Source: Macrostomum hystrix (lineage: Eukaryota; Animalia; Platyhelminthes). Taken from it: a DNA stretch of 64,000 bases. The notes beneath the pieces were generated by a model. The model was not told the DNA's origin and ran no database searches. It worked only from the letters and a program-made list of their open reading frames with translations. This document shows positions 51,689 through 61,981 of this stretch, piece after piece (position 1 is the first letter of the stretch; each line of letters opens with the position of its first letter). The position numbers and the translations under genes were made by a program. Where the stretch lies: positions 8,060,001 through 8,124,000 of the forward strand of contig CATNEN010000003.1 in the NCBI GenBank assembly GCA_950097015.1. Reading direction: 5' to 3'.

Positions 51689-52343
51689 ATGAAGCTGATC
51701 TTTGCGTTGGCCGTTGTTGCCGTTGTCGTCCTGTGTCGTAAGTGGAACTTCCGATATTCCTACATTCAGTCGAAAATGCAATAAACTTCGCATCAATAAA
51801 ATGCTTAATAAACTTTTCAGTTGTGGAGTCTGCTCCTGCTAGGGGCAGAGGTTCTGCCAGGCCCGGCGCTGTTGGCAAGAAGGCCGGAAAACCCGCCGGT
51901 AAAAAGGCCGGAAAACCCGCCGGTAAGAAGGCCGGAAAACCCGCCGGTAAGAAGGCCGGAAAACCCGCCGGTAAAAAGGCCGGCAAGCCCGCTGTTAAGA
52001 AGGCCGGAAAACCCGCCGGTAAGAAGGTCGGAAAACCCGCCGGTAAGAAGGCCGGAAAACCCGCCGGTAAGAAGGCCGGAAAACCCGCCGGTAAGAAGGC
52101 CGGAAAACCCGCCGGTAAGAAGGCCGGAAAACCCGCCGCTAAGAAGGCTGCCAAGCCAGCTGGTAAGAAGGCCGGAAAACCCGCCGGCAAGAAGGCTGGA
52201 AAAGCCGCAGGAAAGGGTCGCAAGCCTCTCTTCAGACCCTCGGCTGGTTGGAGCATGGAAGGTGAGCTCACTTAAAGCATTGAGATCTTGCTTTTGGTTT
52301 TAAAGGCCAGCAAAGTATCACATTTTACTAAATTTCAGCCTAA
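51689..52343 (+). CDS. Small secreted Lys/Gly/Ala/Pro-rich cationic repeat protein (~164 aa; 14 x GKKAGKPA-like)
   Basis: Exons 51689-51737 (MKLIFALAVVAVVVLC, donor GTAAGT), 51821-52261 (acceptor TTTTCAG, donor GTGAG) and 52339-52343 (TTTCAG|CC TAA). Phases fit (1/1). Clear signal peptide ending ...VESA. AATAAA at 52438-52443. Repeat units vary at synonymous positions, as expected for coding repeats. Confidence 0.82.
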
Positions 52344-52764
52344 AGACGCAACATGCACAGAGACGCGCCCGAGCTGTCAACACGGCCGGACAATTATGTT
52401 TCATGACAAGCATATACTAATTGAACTATACATTTGAAATAAACAGGCTTTCCTTGAAATTTAACACTATTTCAACATTATTATTGGCTGATGGAAATTG
52501 CCAAATAAAATACTAACGTAGACAATTCTACAAGAATTATGGCAAGGCAATCGGTAATGGAGACTTTTAACACTGCATGATCAATATGCTGCATCCTGAC
52601 TCCAATCTTTCTATGCTTTTTCTCCTCCTTTGAAGCTTTCTTAACTTTAAAGGTAATGTTAATTACCATCAGAGTTTTACTATTAGTTCAGTTTTTCAGC
52701 TAAAATTGTTTTAGTGACAAAAGAGATATCTTTCGTTCGTAAGAGAACTATAACAATCCACTCT

Positions 52765-52870
52765 GTCTGGGGCGCTGCCACGGAAGGTTGGCTTGGTGCT
52801 TGCTAATTAAACTACGCTTTTAAAGGCCGAACCGAACCAGCAACAGTAAGACCTGACGATAAAGAGGTGT
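52765..52870 (+). mobile_element. Highly degenerate tRNA-SINE body fragment
   Basis: GGGGCGCTGCCACGGAAGGTTGGCTTGG...TACGCTTTTTAAAGGCC...ACAGTAAGACCTGACGAT is loosely collinear with the 28.6-kb SINE body. Confidence 0.45.
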
Positions 52871-53708
52871 TCTAGTATAGTCTGTATAGATCTAAATATT
52901 TTCGACGAGATCAACAGATCATAGAGTATAGTTTCATGTTGGTAAAGACAGACGTTCACGCCATGTTACCATGTTATTTTCAATCTCTTAACTATTATAA
53001 CAAGTACAGAAAGGCACCTATTAAAAAATAAAAAAATCCTTCAATAATTTTTTTTATTTAAGGAAAAAGCATTAACGCACCATTTAACGGCAAAGAAAAT
53101 CACAGTACCAGATGTTATGCGTGTATACCTTCGATGCATGATTAGCGTCATCGAGTCTAAGGTACGAGCGTAAGTGGACCGCTTATTGATCGATGAAAGA
53201 ACGATTATTGTTGTGGTTAAAACATTGTCTTTTAAAAATGAATTGGCAGTTAGTTAAAGAAGTTCCTAAATTTATTCGATGCTTAAATAACAAAAACAGA
53301 CGTGCCTATCTGTTTCTAGTCTTTAGATTTCAAAATTTGCATGCAAGCCAGAAACATCGCCTTGCAAACTTTTTGTGTCCTTTAATTTAAACAATTAAGT
53401 TAGTTAAAATTCAACCCGGGCCACCGTTCGGCAAAATATGTTTGCCTTAGAAAACCAACCTCTATTCACCTGCTGAAGAATTATTGAATAATTGACACAT
53501 GACTATAAACAAGGAAAGAAAAAGGTTTAATCCTCGCAAAGTTTCCATTTTCCCACACGCCATACAATCTTACCAACTGAATAGATGGAAAATAATGAAC
53601 CCAAAGACAGCTAGAAGAGAACTGAACCAGCTGCGCTCTGGTGCACTTTATTGAGACGCTAGAACAAGCCAGATGGAGTAGAGTTGACAGTTGACGACGA
53701 AACGCATC

Positions 53709-53715
53709 TATAAAA
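53709..53715 (+). promoter_or_regulatory. Candidate TATA box of lectin copy 1
   Basis: TATAAAA about 75 nt upstream of the ATG at 53786. Confidence 0.45.
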
Positions 53716-53785
53716 TGTCAAAACTTGAAAAATTCACGAATCGCGACAAAAATTCTATCCCACCACCAATCCTTCACTCGCCACA

Positions 53786-54541
53786 ATGGCTGAGCTAAGA
53801 TTTATCGCAAACGCAACGCTGCTTCTGTTTATGGTTCGGTACTTCCTATGCTGTCAAGCCGATCGGAGCTTTACAGTTCAAAACAGCTACCTGTGCATCC
53901 GACCTGAGTTTGTTAGAAACCAATCTGCGACATCTCTCCGACACTGCTCCATGATGTGCTCCGAGATGGAAAACTGCCAGGCCTTCACCATGGCGGACGG
54001 TCCGTGTCAGCTGTTCGTGTTCAACAAGTGCAGCAAGTCGGTGAGGGACTGCAGCTGCTCCAGGAGAGGCCAGGTGTTTGTGAAGCAGCAGCCGGGACTC
54101 GAGGCTGGCCAGCTGTGTCCGACTGGCTACGGAGACGACCTGTGCGGAGTGAAGTACAAGCTGTACTTTGGCACGGGAACCTGGTGGCCGAGCAGGCAGA
54201 AGTGCGAGTCGGAGAGCGGTCTGGTGATCATGGCCGATGTGATGGACACCACAGAGATGATTCGCGTGGAGCAGATCTACAACAACCAGGCTGGAGGCAC
54301 ATCCATCTGGCTCGGCGGTCTTCAAGCTCCTGGCAGTCCGGAGCCAGCTGGAGGTTGGTACTGGGTCGGCTGCAACATCACCCTGGACGTCATTGTTTGG
54401 GGCAGTGGCGAGCCCAACAACGGCATGAGCCGAGAAAACACAATCGCGCGCTGGTACTATCACAATAAGCTCTCGGACTTGTGGGAGTCATCAACCACAC
54501 CTGGCGCTGTCCTGTGCGAGTGCGTGTCACCGTTTGACTGA
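53786..54541 (+). CDS. Secreted PAN/apple-like + C-type lectin domain protein, copy 1 (EPN motif), intronless
   Basis: Signal peptide; Cys pattern LC...CSMMCSEMENCQAF..GPCQL (PAN-like); CPTGYGDDLC linker; CTLD motifs W..SRQKC, IWLGG, WYW, WGSGEPNN, EN, LSD, VLCEC. Confidence 0.88.
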   Translation: MAELRFIANATLLLFMVRYFLCCQADRSFTVQNSYLCIRPEFVRNQSATSLRHCSMMCSEMENCQAFTMADGPCQLFVFNKCSKSVRDCSCSRRGQVFVKQQPGLEAGQLCPTGYGDDLCGVKYKLYFGTGTWWPSRQKCESESGLVIMADVMDTTEMIRVEQIYNNQAGGTSIWLGGLQAPGSPEPAGGWYWVGCNITLDVIVWGSGEPNNGMSRENTIARWYYHNKLSDLWESSTTPGAVLCECVSPFD

Positions 54542-55293
54542 GCGCTCTCAATGGAACTATGTATTATTCCTTTATCCATTGCTTTGTTCCTTTTTTAACA
54601 AGGAGTCAGTTTTCGTGCATTCTTCTAAAAATGCGCAACCTGTTTGCAACGCTTTGCTTTGAATTGAAAGATAGAATTGCATCTGATTTAGGTCACTAAT
54701 TTCTGAGCTGCTAATCGCATAATCAATTTGCTAAACTGTTCGATTGCAAATTACGTAATCTTTTTTAATTATCATCATATTACGTAAGTAAACTTCTTGC
54801 ATGCGTCGTAGCTTGTAGAACGAAAATTATTCACCTGGCCCCAGCCAATCACAGAGCACCACGTGCACTTAATTTTGGCGGCATGCATCAGAGCGAATAA
54901 GTTTTTTAGCGGTCGGCGAAGCACAAGTAAAGTAAAATCTTGGACAGAAAGTAGAAATTAGCATTAATAAAATAATAAACGAATCGCTTCAGGATTTAGC
55001 TCTGGTTCTTCTGGTAGCGAGTTTCCAGTATTGTTCGCTATTCCGCGTTATTTTTTTCACAGAGTTTAGAGTTTAAACAGAGGAAAATGAAAGTTACAAA
55101 GAGATATCGAAAATTATTTCTGAGTCCGATTTACTGATAGAAAAAATAGAGGCATGAATATCACAACACTTAGAGTGTCATGTTTGAACCATTGCTTCGA
55201 AATCATCTGCTAATAGTGTTTGCATAAGCTGGTAATGCAGCGTCAAGAGCTGAATCACCGAATCCTTGCACTGACGCCACTGATCACATTCGC

Positions 55294-56052
55294 TCAGTCG
55301 AAGGGAGACAGGCACTCACACAGGACAGCGCCAGGTGTGTCAGAGACTTCCCGAAAGTCCGTGAGTTTTTCGGTATAGAACACGCGCCCGATTGTATTTT
55401 CTGTATTGTAGTTATTGTTCGGCTCGCCACTGGCCCACAGACTGCCATCCACGGTGATGTTGCAGCCGACCCAGTACCAGCCACCTGCTGGCTCCGGACT
55501 ACCTGCTGGCTGGAAGCCTCCGAGCCAGATCGATTTGCCTCCAGCCTTGTTGTCGTAGATCTGGTCTACGCGGCTCATCTCTGTGGTGTCCATCACATCG
55601 GCCATGATCACCAGACCGCTCTCCGACTCGCACTTCTGCCTGCTCGGCCACCAGTAACCTACGCCGAAGTACAGCTTGTACTTCACTCCGCACAGGTCGT
55701 CTCCGTAGCCAGTCGGACACAGCTGGCCAGCCTCGAGTCCCGGCTGCTGCTTCACAAACACCTGGCCTCTCCTGGAGCAGCTGCAGTCCCTCACCGACTT
55801 GCTGCACTTGTCGAACACGAACAGCTGACATGGACCGTCAGCCATGGTGAAGGCCTGGCAGCTTGTCATCAGAAAGCACAGCACAGAACAGCGCACGAGT
55901 GACATGGCGACTGCTTGAGTCCTGACAAACTCAGGTCGGATGCACAGGTAGCCGATTTGGGCATCGAAAGTCACCCCGGCATAGCAGGGTACCAAGGATC
56001 GATGCACCAGCAACACCACCAGCAGGAAGCTTTTGTGCTCTGAGAATAGCAT
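55294..56052 (-). CDS. Secreted PAN/apple-like + C-type lectin protein, copy 2 (EPN motif), intronless
   Basis: The first in-frame ATG at 56052 gives the signal peptide MLFSEHKSFLLVVLLVHRS. Paralogous to copy 1; ends CECLSPFD*. Confidence 0.87.
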   Translation of the reverse strand: MLFSEHKSFLLVVLLVHRSLVPCYAGVTFDAQIGYLCIRPEFVRTQAVAMSLVRCSVLCFLMTSCQAFTMADGPCQLFVFDKCSKSVRDCSCSRRGQVFVKQQPGLEAGQLCPTGYGDDLCGVKYKLYFGVGYWWPSRQKCESESGLVIMADVMDTTEMSRVDQIYDNKAGGKSIWLGGFQPAGSPEPAGGWYWVGCNITVDGSLWASGEPNNNYNTENTIGRVFYTEKLTDFREVSDTPGAVLCECLSPFD

Positions 56053-56479
56053 GGCCCATCGAAAAACAGATTGCGGACTCTTTTTTACAGGTTGAGCTAA
56101 TCGTCTCAAAATATTTGAGCTTTTCTGCAGCTTTTATGCACCAAGGTACCGGTTTTGACTAAGTGACTCAATTGTCTAAGCTGTCAATCAGTCGCATCTT
56201 TGGAGTAGAATATGCTTGATTTTTTAAATATCTCATTGTCTTGAGCCAGGAAGCGTTGAAGGCATATTTTTAGTTCAGAGCAATCGAATAATGGAAGAGA
56301 TATAAATATCCTTTCAACGAATTCGAAATACAATTCCGAGTCGCAACTTGCAAAAATCAATCTAATTGAAGCTCATTGTTCTTTGAAAAAGCACAATGCA
56401 TGCAAAAATAGTACTCGTTTTTGCAGCTGTCTTGTGTGGTTTATTGATTCGATTCGATTTCTATAATGAATGGTGTCAC

Positions 56480-56692
56480 CTTGGATTGGGGTGGGGCACC
56501 AGTTTGGATTGGGGTGGGGCATCAGTTGGGATTGGGGTGGGACATCAGTTGGGATTGGGGTGGGGCATCACATTGGATTGGGGTGGGCATCACATTGGAT
56601 TGGGGTGGGGCATCACATTGGATTGGGGTGGGGCATCAGTTTGGCTTGGGGTGGTGCATCAGTTTGGCTTGGGGTGGGGCATCAGTTTGGCT
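56480..56692. repeat. 23-bp G-rich minisatellite (TTGGATTGGGGTGGGGCATCAGT)n, G-quadruplex-capable
   Basis: About 9 units, each with GGGGTGGGG. Confidence 0.92.
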
Positions 56693-57886
56693 AGGGCCGC
56701 ACTGAGGTGCAGTGCTAATTTGTGTATAGGGGTGAATGAAATACACTAGCGCTTATGGGAAAATCTGACCTTCGGCCAGAAAAATTTGAATATCTCGATG
56801 GTCTGAAGAGCTGACAACTTGATTATTGTTTCAGAAGATGCGCAACAAAAATTGTTGCTCAGAAGTTGCTCAGTTTCGTGTGCTTGCCTTGCTCCGTTCG
56901 GGTGCAGCACGAAAAATTGTAATGGGGAAATCCCCCTTGGTAGGTCTATTGTTAATCTAGTAGCGAACTCTATCATATAAATTTAAGGAACTTTGATATT
57001 CTTAAATTATCCTTTAAGGATATTTATCATGACAACTGATAAACTGTCAGGAAGACTCCTTGTATGGGTTTATTGTCTTTTATCGTTTGATGTACTTTAT
57101 TAATAATCATTAGGTATAATTCCAATCCAGTCAATTCCTATTAAAATTTCTCTCAGTTTGGAATTATGTAATATTCCATATTTTATTTAGCTTTTAATTA
57201 TAGTGAATAAAGTCATGCCGTATGTTATCCGTATTTAGAAGTTACTAGCAAGGTATAGCACTGGAAATAAAATTAATAAGCGTTGGAAGAAACGAGGGAT
57301 GAGGAAGTTTTGGCAGAATGACGTTAAATAATTTAGCAGATAGCAACACTGGACTAATAAAATTGATAGGACCTAATAGGAAAATGTGTAACAATAAGCT
57401 GCACAAGCAGAATGAAAAATATTTTCTACGTTTTCAAGCCCATGCAACGTCAACGTTATCAAGATCAACGCCATCTAGTCAGCCTCACCTCCGCCTACAT
57501 AGAATATCGATTAGGGCTGCAGCCAATCAGTTTTTAGCTCCAACAAATGGCTATATAATTTCTCAACGCTCAGTTCACCACTAGCGTATGGCGTATCTGC
57601 TCTTAGTGCATAATAGGATCCCGGTACCCCGCTTCGCAATGTTCGCCTGCTCAGACCAGTTGCCCAGTTGCTAAATATTCCAATTTCTCGCTGTCCGTTT
57701 AATCCCTTTTAGATAAAAAAACTCACCAAGGCTCCTAAAAAGCCTCCTCAATAGAATTTATCCACAAAGCATTGTAATTTCAAAAGTTTACATCCTTTTT
57801 TAAGCAGCAAAAAGCTAGCTGATTGGAAGAGACATCCATTATCACAGAAGACATTACATTCATATATTATCTTTCAGTGGTTTGAA

Positions 57887-57930
57887 ATGCGGCAATTAGG
57901 GATCACTAGAACAATGTTTGAGCCGCTACC

Positions 57931-57961
<31 letters not shown>

Positions 57962-58678
57962 CTGTATAGACGCCTGTTATCATCCGCTGCAAACCTGAAT
58001 TTCAAAAATCAACTGGGCTACCTGTGCATCCGACCTGAGTTTGTTAGAAACCAATCTGCGACATCTCTCCGACACTGCTCCATGATGTGCTCCGAGATGG
58101 AAAACTGCCAGGCCTTCACCATGGCTGACGGTCCGTGTCAGCTGTTCGTGTTCAACAAGTGTAGCAAGTCGGTGAGGGACTGCAGCTGCTCCAGGAGAGG
58201 CCAGGTGTTTGTGAAGCAGCAGCCGGGACTCGAGGCTGGCCAGCTGTGTCCGACTGGCTACGGAGACGACCTGTGCGGAGTGAAGTACAAGCTGTACTTC
58301 GGCATAGGAACCTGGTGGCCGAGCAGGCAGAAGTGCGAGTCGGAGAGCGGTCTGGTGATCATGGCCGATGTGATGGACACCACAGAGATGATTCGCGTGG
58401 AGCAGATCTACAACAACCAGGCTGGAGGCACATCCATCTGGCTCGGCGGTCTTCAAGCTCCGGGCAGTCCGGAGCCAGCAGGAGGCTGGTACTGGGTCGG
58501 CTGCAACATCACCCTGGACGGCAGTCTGTGGGGCACAGGGGATCCCAACGGGTACAACGGAGACGACAATGAAAACGTCACCGGTCGCTGGAATGCGCAC
58601 AGCAACCTTTCCGACTTTCGAGAATTCTCGTCCACCCCGGGAGCTGTTCTGTGCGAATGCGTCAATCCATTTGACTGA
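57887..58678 (+). CDS. Secreted PAN/apple-like + C-type lectin protein, copy 3 (DPN motif), intronless
   Basis: Poly-Leu signal peptide encoded by a (CTG)n run; alternative ATG at 57914. Core nearly identical to copy 1; ends CECVNPFD*. Confidence 0.87.
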
Positions 58679-59604
58679 TCGATCAATTCAGCGAATTCAC
58701 ACTGAAATTCATCGTCATGAATATCGTGCGCGATTCATGCACTTCTAAAATAGATGTATTAGTGGTTTAATTCAGGATAATTCAGACTGGCAATCTCTCG
58801 GGTCTCATTATTTTGGAATGTTTACTGTTTACTTCGAACTATTTTTCTAACGTTTGTTCGTCTTTAAATTTTTTTTTCTTTGCACGAAGCAATTTCATCG
58901 CCGTAATTTTTGCGAGATTTCTTGGTCCCTGTGACTGTTCGCGTCTTTACTTATTAATATATCAGCTGTAGGCAGTTACTGAATTGGTCTCAAAGGGGAC
59001 TTCGAAACCAGAGTTAAGTAATTGACACAATTACTTTGTCGCAAGTTTTCATTTTAATTTGGCTTGGACTGTTGACTATTTTTTACATTTGCAAAACAAT
59101 TCTGAACGCGTCATGCTATTCTGAATTTCGTCTGTTATCATCCGTGCAAGAATTATGAAGCTTCAGTACTAAAATCTACTCAAGATCATTTTTTAGCCTA
59201 GACCCCTAGATAATGACATACAGAAACTATTTTTATCTTCTTTTTAAAGCACGCATGCAGTTGCTACAATGTATGATTATCGAGAGGTCACGCTTCACAC
59301 ACAATATTTTCAGATTTTGATAGTTTATGATTTTGCTTTCAATTAGGTAACCGACAACTAAAGTGGGAACTTAAAAGCTTTCAACTTCTGCTTCACTGAC
59401 TTCTAGACGAGGTGAAATCGAAGATGGAATAACACACGAAGAGTAACTATGAGATGCCGTTACATCTTAATTTGAAAGCGTATTACGAGCTAGATGGACT
59501 GGCATCTTAAATGCGAAAACTGAATTATAGAACAGTCTGGATAAAGGCTTAAAATCTAAGTGCAAGTGCTTATTGTCGAATACATGCAAGTCTTGTTATT
59601 ACTA

Positions 59605-60598
59605 CGAGGGGTGTCCCAAAAGTTCCCGGAATGTCCGAGGTAGCTCTTCAACGGAGCCATGAAATTTTATGCCCATGGTGTCAAATGAAAGGAAATTTTG
59701 TTACAAAGAAAACAAAGTTAAAATCATGTTCATATCTTTTTCTATTCTGGGGCTGCAGCAAGAAACGTGCGCGAAGGTCAGGGGTAGTGTTACACAAGCT
59801 CAAAAATCTATGGAAATGATTTTAAACAATAAAACACAGAACAGTTCATGAATCCTCGTTGATGAATCCTCGGGGTATGCACCAATTCAAAATTTAAAGC
59901 GAATCGTTAAGCTCAACCTGCGGCTTCTCCACGTAGTCGCCATTCAGCTGGACACACCTCTGCCACCTTGAAAGCATGCCGTCGATTGCCTGGGCAAAAA
60001 CAGTTCGAGGCATTTCATGCAGGATGACGCGACGAGTGAAGTCTTCAATTTCACTGCGGTTCTTGAACACCCGGCCACGAAGAAGTTTCTTCATTTGTGG
60101 AAAGATGGCAAAATCGGCAGGGGCCAAGTCTGGCGAGTAGGGCGGATGAGGCACCAACTCAAAATTCAGCCGGTCGATCTGCGCCGTCGTCTTTCCAGCA
60201 GTGTGTGGCCGAGCATTGTCATGGTGCAAAAAGCGCTTGGTACAAATTATCTGCACTCGCGTAAAAGCTCAGATAAGCTTTATGAGCATTTCTGTTTTTT
60301 TCCATAGACACTGCCACGTCTTTCTGACACCTCAGTAGCACTAATTCAAAATGAAAATATCCAAAAATGGAGATGAAAAATCATTGCCATAAAGTTTTGA
60401 GCTTGTGTAACACTACCCCTGACCTTCGCGCACGTTTCTTGCTGCAGCTCCTGAATAGAAAAATATATGAACATTATTTTAACTTTGTTTTCTTTGTGAC
60501 AAAATTTCCTTTCATTTGACACCATGGGCATGAAATTTCATGGCTCCGTTGAAGAGCTGCTACCTTGGACATTCCGGGAAATTTTGGGACACCCCTCG
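59605..60598 (-). mobile_element. Internally deleted mariner (DD34D) element with ~220-bp TIRs and TA TSD
   Basis: TA|CGAGGGGTGTCCCAAAA...TTTTGGGACACCCCTCG|TA. Long inverted repeats at ~59605-59822 and ~60377-60598. Internal minus-strand transposase fragment. Confidence 0.93.
59894..60256 (-). pseudogene. Mariner transposase C-terminal fragment (D34D)
   Basis: HHDNARPHT-(34 aa)-YSPDLAPADF and RWQRCVQLNGDYVEK. The DNA-binding N-terminus and first catalytic Asp are deleted. Confidence 0.92.
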
Positions 60599-61981
60599 TA
60601 TTATTCTTTAACTCAGATGCAATACAAATTTAGATCTTGACGATCTAATTGTGATAGCTTACTCTCTTCGCTATCCTTCTTAGCCTGGGGGTCAGTGGCG
60701 GAACGTTAAACACATCAAGGTCGCTGATGCAATAGATTGGATACTCGTAGATTGCAGAAGAAGATAATAGCTCGTATTAATATTAATTGCAACAGTTAGA
60801 CTGACAGCAATAGCCAACTCTCTTAAAATTTAAATGGAGGCAGCATCGCGCATTGCTCATCCTTTCATCCGAAAAAAGGCTTCATCATCACACGTCATAC
60901 TGAAGGCAACAAAAGAAATCCTCGATTAAATATGTCCTTGCAAGGTCCGTTGCGTTGCAGTGAAGGAATTCGTTTTCAAAAAGACGCTATAGCTAGATTA
61001 TTGTCTAAAATTAGTGTCAGCTTTTAGATTTTTAGAATAGCTTCAACTGTTGAAGCTGAGCTTCCCTTCCCCAATCTGTCAATCATCTGCTGCAACTCTA
61101 GTGATGCATGGCTTCTAGACAAATATAATGCAGCAGAGGACTTCAACATCCTAAAACCATAGCTCACAATGTTGAGATGCAGCCACCCACACCAAATGCG
61201 TTCTAGCGTAATCTATCCAATGCACCACTTCCTATGTGCTGATTTCCTAAACGCAGGCTACCAATGGCAGCATAACAACAAGCTATATATATAACATACG
61301 AAAGTGCGAAGCAGTCAACCGTTTTCCCACTACCTTAGCTTCTTCCAACTCCTAGCCTCGCTAGCAAATCAATCTAAAGTTATAATAGTCAACCAGACTA
61401 CGGACTCAATCACATAGACAACAGGCCTTAGCCTTGAACCGCTGAATATTCGACGAATCTGATAAGTACCACGTTCCTGACTGCTTCTTACTTAGTATTC
61501 TGATTGCTCACCATCATTGTGAATTATTTGAACAACACCAGTAATACGATTGGAAATATAACACCTGAGAGAAGGTTTAACACCGCTGGAAACTTGAGTT
61601 GAACTTGCCGATCATTGACTCAACATAGGATATACGTATTTAGAACAGAGAGTTAATTAGAGAGCATCATAGAGAAGATAACAATAAAGTATATCAATGG
61701 GATTTGCAACTGACATTGGATTCTTTATTCCTATGAGTACGACGTTGGTCTGTATGTTGAGCTCAAAATAAACTCATTCTCACTCAATTCTCGTGTGATG
61801 TTTTCGTCGTAAAAATGGAGCCTTGGAAACTGATCAATCATTTGCCGTGTAGTCAAATATTCAAAACGAAAGCAGGAAATATAATTAGACACAAGCCAGC
61901 TACTCAACGCCTACGAAAAGGACGATATCCAAACGTTTAACAACATCCATCATCTTCACAACATCCAAATCGCCCAAACAT

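Noticed and set aside
51742-52275. Histone H1 gene
   Set aside because: The KKAGKPA repeats resemble H1 tails, but there is no winged-helix globular domain and the spliced product has a signal peptide.
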